Shown: positions 27,820-37,400 of the stretch, piece by piece
How positions within the stretch are numbered: the stretch's first letter is position 1
Layout of the letters: every line of letters begins with the position of its first letter
From: a virus
Taxonomy: Duplodnaviria > Caudoviricetes
DNA length: 64,000 nucleotides
Strand: one strand, 5' to 3'
IMG/VR virus record: IMGVR_UViG_3300035208_005087
Coordinates: 64,545 to 128,544 of that record
Notes under the pieces: model-generated
The model's input: the letters and a program-made list of their open reading frames with translations, nothing else
What the model was told of the DNA's origin: nothing
Database searches by the model: none
Position numbers and translations under genes: made by a program

Positions 27820-28251
27820 TTAGATGATGTTTTTCGCTTTTTCCTTGAGGCGTCTCAGGCGTACCTCATCTATACCCGCCGAGTTTTGGGAGCGGGCTTC
27901 TTTACTTACGTACTTTTTAAACTTACCTGTGTCAGCCCCTTTCTCTTTGGCCAATTTTTCTGCGTCCTTCCATGAAGAGACTTCTTCCCCATTTACGTTA
28001 GGTATTAGACCCTTGTTACCGTACCTTTCTAGCTGAGTCACAGACATTTGTGCCCTACTCTTACGGCGCCGACGCTCTTCCATGTAGTACTTACTTGCCG
28101 TCGGGCCTTTTATATAAGACCCAGAACCCCCCGTGGCGTATCTACGCATGGGTTCTTTACACGCATCACAAAGTATTTCAGGTCTCTCCCCTAACTTGTG
28201 AACTACATCTTTCACCTCACCGCAAGCACACTTGTATGTGTATATAGGCAT
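27820..28251 (-). CDS. FmdB-family zinc-ribbon protein
   Basis: MPIYTYKCACG...CDACKEPMRR, typical FmdB N-terminus. Confidence 0.8.
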   Translation of the reverse strand: MPIYTYKCACGEVKDVVHKLGERPEILCDACKEPMRRYATGGSGSYIKGPTASKYYMEERRRRKSRAQMSVTQLERYGNKGLIPNVNGEEVSSWKDAEKLAKEKGADTGKFKKYVSKEARSQNSAGIDEVRLRRLKEKAKNII

Positions 28252-28268
28252 AATGGGTATCTCCTTAT

Positions 28269-29576
28269 TTATGATATTTTATCTTTTATTACTGCATAAG
28301 CTACATCGGAAAGATACTTAGGTATCTTACCAAAAGCTTTTTTGTATTCTACTAACAACAGGACTATGGTGCTGGGGCTATCCTCTAGCCTCTCCAGTAC
28401 TTTTTCCTGGACACCCTTTCTGAGTTCCGCAAAGGTACCCTGCACATAGTCATATAAGGCGTATTCACTTACCCCCCTATCCTTTAAACTTTTTCTACCT
28501 TGTTTTAACACATCCCCATGTAGCCTAGAGTCCTCTAAGAATTGTACAAAATCCGTCTTCCGGTCTAGTTGATACTCTTCCGTAATTTCCTCTTTGGGTA
28601 AAGTGCTTATATCTTTAAAAGCGTCGTCCTTCACACTCAGTAGCTTGTTCTGTATATCCTCGGTGTATGCTTCCTCATCGGGTAAGAAGTCTGATAACTT
28701 TGTAGACACGGCGGCTATGTGCTTACACGCGGTTAAGCCCTTGCCCCTCCCTCCGTTTTCCTTGCTGCGGGGCTCCATTAGTTGAGGACGAAACTTAGGC
28801 ATATACATGTACTTACCTTTCACAGCATAAAATTGGGGGCCTCCCCATAAAAAATCCTCACAAGAACAGGCTATCAGACAAGGATGCTCAGCTAAGGACG
28901 ACTTGCCTTGTGCCTTCAGGAATTGTACTGTAACCTCCTGAGCATCTGAGCCTCCTGTAACCTTTAATACATATCGTCCTTTTTCTTTCTCATCTTTTTT
29001 TGAAACATCCTGTACCGTCAAACTTTTTGCACTCTCTAAGATGTCCCTAGACCTTTCATGACTGCTATTATCCATCACTTCTTTAATGGTCTTGGCCACC
29101 TTCTTACCAGGAGTCTGGGAGGCTTCTATCGTGTTGTACGGACCATACAGATTGGAACCCCACGGATTGCCTGTCGCATCATCTTGCCTATGCCGGTTTT
29201 GCCAAGTCATCCAACGAGAATTGTCGGGCATCTCACTTCTATTGGGTTTAGTGAACTCTACAGGGAATAAACTACCCTTACCCGGTCCTAAATTGTCATT
29301 CTCATTTGCTGGCTGGTACTCTTGCTCCCTAGAACGGCTACGTCCATCTTGTACCCCATCCAGTAAACTTTTACCTAGCTGCCCGTCCGCGTTGGCCGGG
29401 CTTGTGTCCACGACAGCCTTAGAAAATTCATTAATGGTGTTCTGACTGGGACGCACCCTTGGCGTGTTTTTCTTTTTAAGATACTCTAACCAAGGAAGAC
29501 TTTCTTCCTCTTTATTAAATCCTAGGTACCTGGAGGCCACCTTGTATGCTAAACTTCTTATAACAGTATTCTTCAT
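28269..29576 (-). CDS. SWIM zinc-finger protein with long N-terminal leader
   Basis: ACSCEDF...ACKHI (CxC-x(n)-CxH). Likely start is ATG 29576, because the ORF-track start lies inside a terminator. Leader RSLAYKVASRYL. Confidence 0.7.
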   Translation of the reverse strand: MKNTVIRSLAYKVASRYLGFNKEEESLPWLEYLKKKNTPRVRPSQNTINEFSKAVVDTSPANADGQLGKSLLDGVQDGRSRSREQEYQPANENDNLGPGKGSLFPVEFTKPNRSEMPDNSRWMTWQNRHRQDDATGNPWGSNLYGPYNTIEASQTPGKKVAKTIKEVMDNSSHERSRDILESAKSLTVQDVSKKDEKEKGRYVLKVTGGSDAQEVTVQFLKAQGKSSLAEHPCLIACSCEDFLWGGPQFYAVKGKYMYMPKFRPQLMEPRSKENGGRGKGLTACKHIAAVSTKLSDFLPDEEAYTEDIQNKLLSVKDDAFKDISTLPKEEITEEYQLDRKTDFVQFLEDSRLHGDVLKQGRKSLKDRGVSEYALYDYVQGTFAELRKGVQEKVLERLEDSPSTIVLLLVEYKKAFGKIPKYLSDVAYAVIKDKIS

Positions 29577-29627
29577 GTATACCTTTATTGTATTGAAAGA
29601 ATATTTTGCGGAACTGTTGAAGGCATG

Positions 29628-29655
29628 AAAAAAGGGCACCAAAAGAGGCGCCCTT
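29628..29655 (-). terminator. Intrinsic terminator
   Basis: AAGGGCGCC-loop-GGTGCCCTT followed by a T-run on the minus strand. Confidence 0.8.
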
Positions 29656-29663
29656 CGATTTCC

Positions 29664-30974
29664 TTATGCGAGTGCTTCTAGTCTCGCGATAGCCCCTTTC
29701 TTCACCTTCCAGTGAGACTTTTTGCTCACCCTGATAAAGTTCAGCTGGTCTTTGGATTCTAAAGACTCAACTAAGGCCACCTTCTGTTCCAGGTTCAAGG
29801 TTTCCCAGTTCTCTGGGTATTCCCCCTCTACTTCTGAAGGTTCTGCTTTCTTCGGGGCGGATTTGGCACTAGCTTTCTTGCTAGTCTTAGCCTTAGGTGC
29901 CGCTTTCTTTGGTGCGGGAGGAGGTGGGGGAGCCTTTTTGCCTTTATCTGCCACGGGTACTAATTTAGCGTACTCCGAAGCTAATAACTGACTGTCAGTC
30001 CATCCCGCGCTTTTCATTTCCTCATACGTGTATCCGTTGACGGTCACTTCCGTCGATATAGGCTGAGCTTCTGGGGGTACAGGTACTGGAGCCTTTTCCT
30101 GGGCTGCTCTGCGTTTTTCAATAGCAGCTAGTTTACTTGCCTCCCATTCCCTTCTTGCTGCCTCACTGGTCTTCGCCTGCTGGTGCACGTTGCCGTCTAC
30201 GATACCTTGTGACCCTACCACCGTCACGGTAGAGTGGGGGCTTTCTTTGTATTCTTTGTACTGTATTCCAGCTTGCTTTAAAACAGTCCTTTCTATCGCT
30301 TCCTCTGAAATAGGTGTACGGCTGGTCACTTCAGTCTTTTCTGCCTTGGAAGGAACCTGCCTCTTTAGGGGGATAAAACCCTCGTCGGCGTAGTCCGCTA
30401 CCTGTAGTTTTTCCCGTACAGTGCTTGGAGCCACCACCCCTCTGTCTGTACGTACCGTGGCTACCACCTCATTCTGGCCTTCTTCATCCAGTACTGCAAG
30501 CTTGGTTCTACCTGTCTGTGCTGTGGTAGCCCTCTGTTGTACCGATCCAGCATCCTGGTAAGATGTTGTACGGGCGATTACACCCTCTTCATCATTGTCT
30601 ACATTTAGACCTCGTTGAGAGGAAGTAGCGCTAGAATAAACAGTTCGGGCATTATTATCAGACTTGGCTTCATGGCGCACCTCCCTAACGATCTCCTGGC
30701 GTTCTTCCACTAAAGGAGCTCTCTCCTGCATCACAGGGGCTTGTTGTGGCACCTCTTGCTCTACGGCACCATCATCGACCAGTAACCTTAGCCATCCTAA
30801 CTTAATGCATTTAGACAAAGAAGTAGAGGCATCTTGTATGCTGCCGTACTTGACATTATAGCCATCATATTGAATGATTTCCCCTGGGGATACTGTCAAC
30901 CCCATATTTAAGGCGGGGTTGTTTATCAAAGATAAAGTGAAACGCTCAACGACGACGTAGCTTTTCATGTTCAT
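29664..30974 (-). CDS. Hypothetical low-complexity protein
   Basis: 436 aa; Pro/Ala/Lys-rich linkers; YTYEEMKSAGWTDSQLL module; own late motif and terminator. Confidence 0.7.
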   Translation of the reverse strand: MNMKSYVVVERFTLSLINNPALNMGLTVSPGEIIQYDGYNVKYGSIQDASTSLSKCIKLGWLRLLVDDGAVEQEVPQQAPVMQERAPLVEERQEIVREVRHEAKSDNNARTVYSSATSSQRGLNVDNDEEGVIARTTSYQDAGSVQQRATTAQTGRTKLAVLDEEGQNEVVATVRTDRGVVAPSTVREKLQVADYADEGFIPLKRQVPSKAEKTEVTSRTPISEEAIERTVLKQAGIQYKEYKESPHSTVTVVGSQGIVDGNVHQQAKTSEAARREWEASKLAAIEKRRAAQEKAPVPVPPEAQPISTEVTVNGYTYEEMKSAGWTDSQLLASEYAKLVPVADKGKKAPPPPPAPKKAAPKAKTSKKASAKSAPKKAEPSEVEGEYPENWETLNLEQKVALVESLESKDQLNFIRVSKKSHWKVKKGAIARLEALA

Positions 30975-31060
30975 TACAAGGTACTCCTATTTGTTATGTA
31001 CTGTCTTTTCGGCTCCCTGGGACGAGAGGCCTTTTGTTATATTAATACACTACTTTTTCA

Positions 31061-31073
31061 ATTAGTAGATTAT
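31061..31073 (-). promoter_or_regulatory. Candidate late promoter
   Basis: Exact ATAATCTACTAAT. Confidence 0.75.
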
Positions 31074-31082
31074 GATGCCGCC

Positions 31083-31751
31083 TTATCCTTTGGCCAATGC
31101 CGCTAGCTTTTCCAGGATTTTTTCTTTCCTTAATTCTCTTGTTTGAGCAAGTTGGGCCAGATAATCCTCAGAATCCTCTATGTCCCCGGGCTTCTGCGTG
31201 TTTACCCGCATTTCACTTAAAGCCTGCCCAGGTTCTTCATCTGGGTCCCCCGTACTAGTCTCCAAGTCCTGTACGTGCTCTTCCTCGTCTTGAAGAATAT
31301 CCATAAGCTCATCCGCTAACCCATATTCCCCTAAAGACATAGCCTGTACGATCCTTTCTTTATACCTGGCCACCGCCGTGTGTTCATCCTCTAGATCCTG
31401 TAGTAACATCTCAGAGGATTTAGCGCTCTTCTTTATTTCCCCTAAGGATACATCTGGTACGCCCCCTAGCTGCGCGATACGGTCGGCTATGACGACAGAA
31501 TGCTCTATTTCTTCTTCCGCATGCTCTTTTAGATGTTGACGGATATTGTCGTATGCCGCCCCTCTCATTACTGCGTAGTGCTGGTAATACTGTAGGGCTG
31601 CTGTGTATTCTAGGATCAGATCCCCTTGCAGACCTTCTATCAGGTCCTCTTTAGTCACCTCCACCTCGGGAAGTAACACACTCGGGATAGCAGCCGTCTT
31701 CACACCCCTATCCTTCTTAAAAATCGTATTAAAAATATCTACAGTACCCAT
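31083..31751 (-). CDS. Bacterioferritin/ferritin-like di-iron protein with N- and C-terminal extensions
   Basis: Ferroxidase ligands LEYTAALQY..H, EEEIEH, DEHTAVARY, DEEEH; DRIAQLGGVP turn. Confidence 0.9.
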   Translation of the reverse strand: MGTVDIFNTIFKKDRGVKTAAIPSVLLPEVEVTKEDLIEGLQGDLILEYTAALQYYQHYAVMRGAAYDNIRQHLKEHAEEEIEHSVVIADRIAQLGGVPDVSLGEIKKSAKSSEMLLQDLEDEHTAVARYKERIVQAMSLGEYGLADELMDILQDEEEHVQDLETSTGDPDEEPGQALSEMRVNTQKPGDIEDSEDYLAQLAQTRELRKEKILEKLAALAKG

Positions 31752-31771
31752 GGTCTTTATACCCCTTTTTT

Positions 31772-34528
31772 CTAGGTTTCTACTAATTCTTTGTTTTCAG
31801 CTAACTTCTTCAAGGCGGCTAGCACCTTCTGGGCCTGCTTGTCTACCGTAGGTACCTTAGCCCTCTTGTTTTTCAGGTACCCTATAAGGGCCTTAACTTC
31901 TTGGTAAGGTAAGAACTCCTCTATCTCCGTCCCATCCGGGTACTCTTCCGAGTGCTCAGATACCCATTCTTCTAGGGCTTCTACTGCTTCCGTCTGCTTT
32001 TCCACCGCCGGTCCATCTATCTGGGAGAATACATTAGACAACGCCGTCTCTAACCCATAAAGGGGTAGCGATGAAGGTCTCCCCCTCTTGTACTGCGAGT
32101 ATGTCTCCCCCGTAGGAGCCGAAGGTTTTTCCTCTACAGGTTTTTCCTCTACAGGTTTTTCCTCTACAGGTTTTTCCTCAGTGGGTGTTTCCTCTACAGG
32201 TTTTTCCTCAGTGGGTGTTTCCTTCTTAGCATAGGGTGGGGAGGTCTCCTCCTTATCCTCCAACGCTTCCTCAGTCTCCTTCTTTATTGGTGATTCAGTA
32301 GTAAGAAGTGTTTCTTTTACCATACTTATGAGGTCTTCACCAACATCCTCTTTTGTCAATAAGGGGGCCTCCGGTAGCTTCTGAAAACTTTCTATGGTAT
32401 CTACCAAGGACTCTTTCTCTTCCGCAAAGGACTCTTGTACACTCTCAAGGCTTTCCTTAAAGTCCTCTAGCATACTTTCTACTTTTCCCCTGTCCGCACC
32501 CGAATCCCCTAGGGATCTTTCCACCTTAGTCAAAAGCCCCTTTAAGTACCCTACAGTAGCTCTGCGGATGACGGGGTCTGCTACCTTTCTGTTAAGGGCT
32601 TTCCCTGTCTCTTTTAGGGCCTCTTCTAAATACGCTACGACGTCCTCGGGTTTGCTTGTCACAAGCTCTCTTAAAGCCTTATTAACATCCGCCTCTAATG
32701 ATTCCGCCGCATCCTCTACCTGGGTAACCCCTTGTGCCTTCGTCTTTATCCTTTGCTCCAGACGCTCTTTTACCTCCTGCAGGGTTACTACATCCTCTGA
32801 AGGTACCTTCTCTCCTTTAGGGGTCTTCTCTTTAACAGCTTCCAGGAATGGGACCACTTCTTTATCCTGTATTTTCACAGGGGTCTTCTTGTAAGGGGCC
32901 TTTCTTTTTGCCTTAGCTTTTGCGGGCTTTTCCTTCTGGATACCGTCCCCTGGTGCCTTTTTAGAAGTCTCTCCCTTTTCCACACCAGTAGCATCGGGCT
33001 CAGGAGTATCCGGAGATTTCTTCTCTTCCTCGAGTACCGGACGACCTTTCTGTTTCTCCATCTCTTTTTTTAGGGCTCTTTCCTCTTTTAGCTTTTCTAC
33101 CTTTTTTTGTACGATCTTTATAACGGAAGGTAGCTTTTTACCCTCGGCATCTAGTATTCTTAGAATGTCTTCGTCAGGAGTGCTTGGTCTTACCGCTAAG
33201 CCCAATATAGCATTAAACATCTTCCTCATGGGTGACCCTTTAAATACATATGCAACGCTTAAGGTTTTCACATCTATGGGTCCTTCAGGAATAAGGTACT
33301 TACCCGCTATCGCATCCCCTATTCTTGTCACTTTGCTTTTTAGCTTGTCTGGCACCAGCCCATCCCGCACGACTACATCTGTCATGGCCCGCACTGCATC
33401 TCTATCACCCCTCTCTAGAGTTCTTCCCGCTATCTCTGTAGGCCTCTGCGATAGATCCCTACTGTCAATGCTATCCTCAATACCCTGCTGTTCTTCTTCG
33501 GGCACTCCCTGGTGTTCTTGTGCGACAGAGGGAACCTTCTCATAGTAGTTTCGCAGGGCACTGTACATATTGTTATCCCCGTCCAAAGCGATAAGATGAA
33601 AGGTGTTTATCACACTTTCTTGCTTTTTTGGGTTATCTCTGTAATGGTCTAAAGCCTTTTTGTAAGACTCCAGAAAGCCTCTTAGGTCTTTTGTGTATGG
33701 CAGGGTACCTACCTCTGCAGCCAACTTGAGACCTTCTATCTGACTTTCCTTGCGTTCAAAAATCTCGGGGTAGAACTCTCCTGTACTGCTAAAGCCATTG
33801 TTCTTCAAAGCTCTTTTTATCCTGTTCCACTCGGGCAGAACAGTTTCTTCCTCTATCTCTTTTATGGCTCTTAGATAGCCCTCTGTTTTGTCGGGATCAC
33901 CTTTCGTTAATATCTTCTGTACCCTTGCCCGTATAGCTGTAGTAGTTTTATCTAAACCCTCTTCCGCGAACCACTTGTTCTTCTCGTAATTCTTTTTACT
34001 TTGGGGATCTTTAACCTCTATCCCTCTCTTTTCTTTTGCTAACGACTCTACCATATCATTAACCATATCAAAAAGAGCTCCCCTGCTTAAGAGCAAGTCG
34101 TGTACAATGGAGTACAGTCGTTTAAGTGCCTCTGTGTTTCCCCGAAACACCCTTTGAGACGCGAAGATGTTCTCTACAAAGACCTTTGTCCACTTCCTTA
34201 GATTATTGATGTAGGAGGATATAGCAACGCTATCGGTAGCTCGTTTTTCTTGTAAAGATCTTTCCACCTCATCTAAGAACTTTTCTTGGTTCCCCTGCCA
34301 TAACCCTATCTGAGACAAAGCTTGTGCTGCATCTTTCAACCCTTGATCTAATGCTTTTTGGTTTTGCACCACCTTGTCCGAGAACCACTCAGGGTTTTCA
34401 CTTAAGTCTTCCTCTAGGGTATCCGCTAGATTTAAGAACACCTCTTCGACGTTCTTCTTATCCTTAAGAAGGTTTTGGGCCTTCTGGATTTCGCTGCTGC
34501 CTGCCATCTCTTTTTTTAAACCTACCAC
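31772..34528 (-). CDS. Large helical charged protein, putative internal head/ejection protein
   Basis: 918 aa, Glu/Lys-rich; EEKPV tandem repeats near 32120-32220; multiple K-x-A sites. Start may be ATG 34507. Confidence 0.6.
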   Translation of the reverse strand: MVGLKKEMAGSSEIQKAQNLLKDKKNVEEVFLNLADTLEEDLSENPEWFSDKVVQNQKALDQGLKDAAQALSQIGLWQGNQEKFLDEVERSLQEKRATDSVAISSYINNLRKWTKVFVENIFASQRVFRGNTEALKRLYSIVHDLLLSRGALFDMVNDMVESLAKEKRGIEVKDPQSKKNYEKNKWFAEEGLDKTTTAIRARVQKILTKGDPDKTEGYLRAIKEIEEETVLPEWNRIKRALKNNGFSSTGEFYPEIFERKESQIEGLKLAAEVGTLPYTKDLRGFLESYKKALDHYRDNPKKQESVINTFHLIALDGDNNMYSALRNYYEKVPSVAQEHQGVPEEEQQGIEDSIDSRDLSQRPTEIAGRTLERGDRDAVRAMTDVVVRDGLVPDKLKSKVTRIGDAIAGKYLIPEGPIDVKTLSVAYVFKGSPMRKMFNAILGLAVRPSTPDEDILRILDAEGKKLPSVIKIVQKKVEKLKEERALKKEMEKQKGRPVLEEEKKSPDTPEPDATGVEKGETSKKAPGDGIQKEKPAKAKAKRKAPYKKTPVKIQDKEVVPFLEAVKEKTPKGEKVPSEDVVTLQEVKERLEQRIKTKAQGVTQVEDAAESLEADVNKALRELVTSKPEDVVAYLEEALKETGKALNRKVADPVIRRATVGYLKGLLTKVERSLGDSGADRGKVESMLEDFKESLESVQESFAEEKESLVDTIESFQKLPEAPLLTKEDVGEDLISMVKETLLTTESPIKKETEEALEDKEETSPPYAKKETPTEEKPVEETPTEEKPVEEKPVEEKPVEEKPSAPTGETYSQYKRGRPSSLPLYGLETALSNVFSQIDGPAVEKQTEAVEALEEWVSEHSEEYPDGTEIEEFLPYQEVKALIGYLKNKRAKVPTVDKQAQKVLAALKKLAENKELVET

Positions 34529-35139
34529 GGGTACCCCTTAAGTTTTTCTTCAAAGTATTTATTTTTCTCTTCGGGGATAAACTCCTCCAACCCTGCTACC
34601 TTAAAAGCAAAAGTATCTGCAAAGTCGTCCCATGGGTTTGTCCTGGCGTAGTACCTAACAAACTTAGCATCCGGGTCATAATACCACTCCCCTGCCTTGG
34701 TTTTTCCCTCTTCCTTGTCTTTTATTATGATCTGGGCTTTACCTTTTTCTGGGGTCTCCGACCAGCCTGATAAGGATAACCATTCAGGACTAAGGGATAA
34801 CTCTCCCTGCTTATCGTCCCACCCATGCCCCAGCTCGTGGAATAAGATGTGGTCAAAAGCCTCTAACTCTTTTCCTTGCGAGTCCCTGTACAAGGTACTA
34901 TCATCTATCAGCTGTGAATTTAGCACTAATCTGTTGTCCACATAATAGCCATGGTTCGGGTAGTACTCCCTGGATGGGCCTAAATCCTCAAACCCCATAT
35001 TTTTTATACCACAGTCTATCACTAGAGGTTCTGGTAGCATACCTATCGAACGGGCTACCCTGGAGACCAATAAAGGGTCTATCGCATCTAAGATCGATAT
35101 TCGACACCTCTGTAATTTTTCTTTAGGGACACTAAGCAT
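34522..35139 (-). CDS. Zincin (HEXXH) metallopeptidase-like protein
   Basis: FHELGHGWD plus downstream YARTNPWDDFADTF. Confidence 0.75.
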   Translation of the reverse strand: MLSVPKEKLQRCRISILDAIDPLLVSRVARSIGMLPEPLVIDCGIKNMGFEDLGPSREYYPNHGYYVDNRLVLNSQLIDDSTLYRDSQGKELEAFDHILFHELGHGWDDKQGELSLSPEWLSLSGWSETPEKGKAQIIIKDKEEGKTKAGEWYYDPDAKFVRYYARTNPWDDFADTFAFKVAGLEEFIPEEKNKYFEEKLKGYPW

Positions 35140-35177
35140 GCTTTCTCCAAGGATAATATACTAAAGAGTCGTGGAGA

Positions 35178-35190
35178 ATTAACAGATTAT
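35178..35190 (-). promoter_or_regulatory. Candidate late promoter
   Basis: Exact ATAATCTGTTAAT. Confidence 0.75.
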
Positions 35191-35208
35191 GAAAGGGGAG
35201 ATCCTGTT

Positions 35209-35805
35209 CTAGTACCTAGACAGGACCTTTTTCTTCAGTTCTTTGATGGTGTCTGTAGGTTTTCCTATGTACTTTATGGCGATACCTTCGTTTTCTTCCC
35301 AGTCAACTATATTGTGATCCGTGTCATCTATCAGAATAGACCGAGCATCTGCGTATACCCCTTTTTCCCTATCAAAAACGTACTGCACATCTTGACCCAA
35401 ATTCTCCTGTACCCACACAGCCTTCCCTTCCTTTGCATAGGTGGAGTGCCCTGGAGAGGATAATATGATTGGGGAGAGAGGTTTCAGTGCATCCCATAAG
35501 ACCCTGCCATTCGGGAGCCATTCCATAGTGCTCCAGAACTCCAAGCTATTTGTAGTACCCCAAGATATATCCTGCATCTTAGTGAACGGTCTGCCCCCGT
35601 ACTCTTTGTACTGCTTTTCCCAGTTGGTAAGCACTCCGTCCATGTCTACGAATAACCTAAAAGCCTCCGTGTTAAAAACCTTTAAAAAGGACTGGTCTTC
35701 TACTAGGGTGCTTAACAATACACCCATGGACACATCCTTAACGCCAGCGCTAAGGGCACTTTTCCTTATGTACTTCTCTAGTACACTTGCTACTACACTC
35801 TTCAT
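35209..35805 (-). CDS. HAD-family 5'(3')-deoxyribonucleotidase-like protein with N-terminal leader
   Basis: Motif I FVDMDGVL, ILSSP, motif IV LIDD; likely start ATG 35805 with AAGGAGG RBS. Confidence 0.8.
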   Translation of the reverse strand: MKSVVASVLEKYIRKSALSAGVKDVSMGVLLSTLVEDQSFLKVFNTEAFRLFVDMDGVLTNWEKQYKEYGGRPFTKMQDISWGTTNSLEFWSTMEWLPNGRVLWDALKPLSPIILSSPGHSTYAKEGKAVWVQENLGQDVQYVFDREKGVYADARSILIDDTDHNIVDWEENEGIAIKYIGKPTDTIKELKKKVLSRY

Positions 35806-35827
35806 TGGGTACCTCCTTATAGGCACG

Positions 35828-35858
35828 AAAAAAGGACTAGAAAATATTCTAGTCCTTT
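35828..35858 (-). terminator. Intrinsic terminator of the capsid operon
   Basis: 12-bp stem AAAGGACTAGAA / TTCTAGTCCTTT followed by a T-run. Confidence 0.85.
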
Positions 35859-35880
35859 AAAAGATACAATTTTTTGTCGA

Positions 35881-36753
35881 TTATCGAGCAACTTTGATAC
35901 GGGTTAATCCCTTAGGATTAAATGCACCGATACCCACCATTTCAAAAATGGAGAAGCCGATTCGACGAGCTTTAGAATCATCAGCAGAAAGTACTGTCAA
36001 CTCAGTACGAACTGGGAAACGACCTAAAAATTCAGGTTCGGTACATACGTAGATGTAACCGGGTTCTACGATACGAGAAACCATGATTTGAGCGCCATGT
36101 AACTGACCGAACAAACCAGTTTTCAATAAGGTAGCCTGAGTTTCGATGTCCAACACATCACGACCCCATCGACGCAAGTCAGCAAAATCACGAGCATTCA
36201 TGAAAATGTATGCTACGCGGTTACCATACTGTTCTACTTCCGCGAACGCGTCAATAAAAGCAGATGGGCTGATAGGAGCATTAACGTTAACTTGTGGGTT
36301 TGGAACGCCACCGTTAAAGCCTGCAACAGACAATACGTCCATTACGTCAAATACGCGTGAATCTTCAGCAGCTTGTACCTGAGCTTTACCCAAGTTCATA
36401 GAGCGTTCTACTAAGTCGTAGCGACGTTCTTTGATTTGTGATAAAGGAACTTCAGGGTTGGCAGCAATTTCGAACAAAGAAAACAGAACACGTTCGCCAC
36501 GTGAAGTGCTTACAATGTTTTCACCTTCGTCAGATACAGCGTATGCTTTTACTTCTGGATCCTTGTCGTACAAAGGTAATGCACCATCAGGTAGTTCGTC
36601 CACTTCAAAGGCTTTTCGGCCAATGGAGGTGTAGTCTCTACGGTCACGTAAAGGCTGCTGCATAGAAGAAGCAATCTTGTGGCGACCAGCCTGAGTGTTG
36701 ATGTGCTTGCCGATTACGGCGTTTCTTTGAGCGTTTGAATTCTTCATGTTCAT
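35881..36753 (-). CDS. Major capsid protein, HK97 fold, short and encapsulin-like
   Basis: Order protease-scaffold-decoration-MCP; GRKAFEVDELP.G, AAEDSRVF, FMNARDFADL, GQLHGAQIMVS, GAFNPKGLTRI; strongly biased codon usage. Confidence 0.88.
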   Translation of the reverse strand: MNMKNSNAQRNAVIGKHINTQAGRHKIASSMQQPLRDRRDYTSIGRKAFEVDELPDGALPLYDKDPEVKAYAVSDEGENIVSTSRGERVLFSLFEIAANPEVPLSQIKERRYDLVERSMNLGKAQVQAAEDSRVFDVMDVLSVAGFNGGVPNPQVNVNAPISPSAFIDAFAEVEQYGNRVAYIFMNARDFADLRRWGRDVLDIETQATLLKTGLFGQLHGAQIMVSRIVEPGYIYVCTEPEFLGRFPVRTELTVLSADDSKARRIGFSIFEMVGIGAFNPKGLTRIKVAR

Positions 36754-36763
36754 CAGAACCCCC

Positions 36764-37330
36764 TTAAACGCGCAACTGCACGGTCATAAGTTTATTGTTA
36801 GCAGTCGGAGGGTCCAACAGGATTGCTACTACAGTTGCATCAGCAGCTGCGGCGGCATCAGCCAAACCAGACGCGTTAGTTAACAGACCGTTTTGAGAAG
36901 CGTATAGTTTCTCGCCGGCTGCATATACCAGAGGGGTAGTTCCGTCTGTAGCTACGGTTTCGTACACAGGGATTTCTACCACGGTACCAGTACCATGTAA
37001 ATAAGTGATGCCACCAGAAGCTTCAGAACGGGTAGAATCATAGGCTTCACCGTCCGCATTACGTACTGCGATACCTACGATACCGTCTAAGGCACCTTTG
37101 GTTGCTTTTGCTGGGCCTACAGTAAGAGCAGCTACTACTGCTACTACTGAACCTGCCAAGATACCGTCGGGGGTATCTGTAGACAATGTTGAGTTTGCTA
37201 ATTGCTGAGCATTGACTCGGTTTTGCAACTCTAAACCTGCATCGCTAATGGCGCAAAGACCATTAAGGGTACCACGGTAAAGAGGTTGTAATTGGAGATC
37301 AGAAGTCAGCTTGTTGCTTAATCCTCTCAT
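36764..37330 (-). CDS. Capsid decoration/cement protein
   Basis: Ala/Gly/Thr-rich beta protein (YAAGEKLYASQNGLLT) directly before the MCP. Confidence 0.65.
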   Translation of the reverse strand: MRGLSNKLTSDLQLQPLYRGTLNGLCAISDAGLELQNRVNAQQLANSTLSTDTPDGILAGSVVAVVAALTVGPAKATKGALDGIVGIAVRNADGEAYDSTRSEASGGITYLHGTGTVVEIPVYETVATDGTTPLVYAAGEKLYASQNGLLTNASGLADAAAAADATVVAILLDPPTANNKLMTVQLRV

Positions 37331-37400
37331 TTTTTACCTTCTTTTTTTTGTTCACATTCCCCGCCTAGTGGGTAGACGGGAGTGGGTTTACTGCTAAAAA

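Noticed and set aside
31083-36753. A cellular encapsulin-ferritin nanocompartment operon
   Set aside because: Portal, terminase, protease, scaffold and decoration genes show the shell protein is a virion capsid. The encapsulin resemblance is kept only as a finding.
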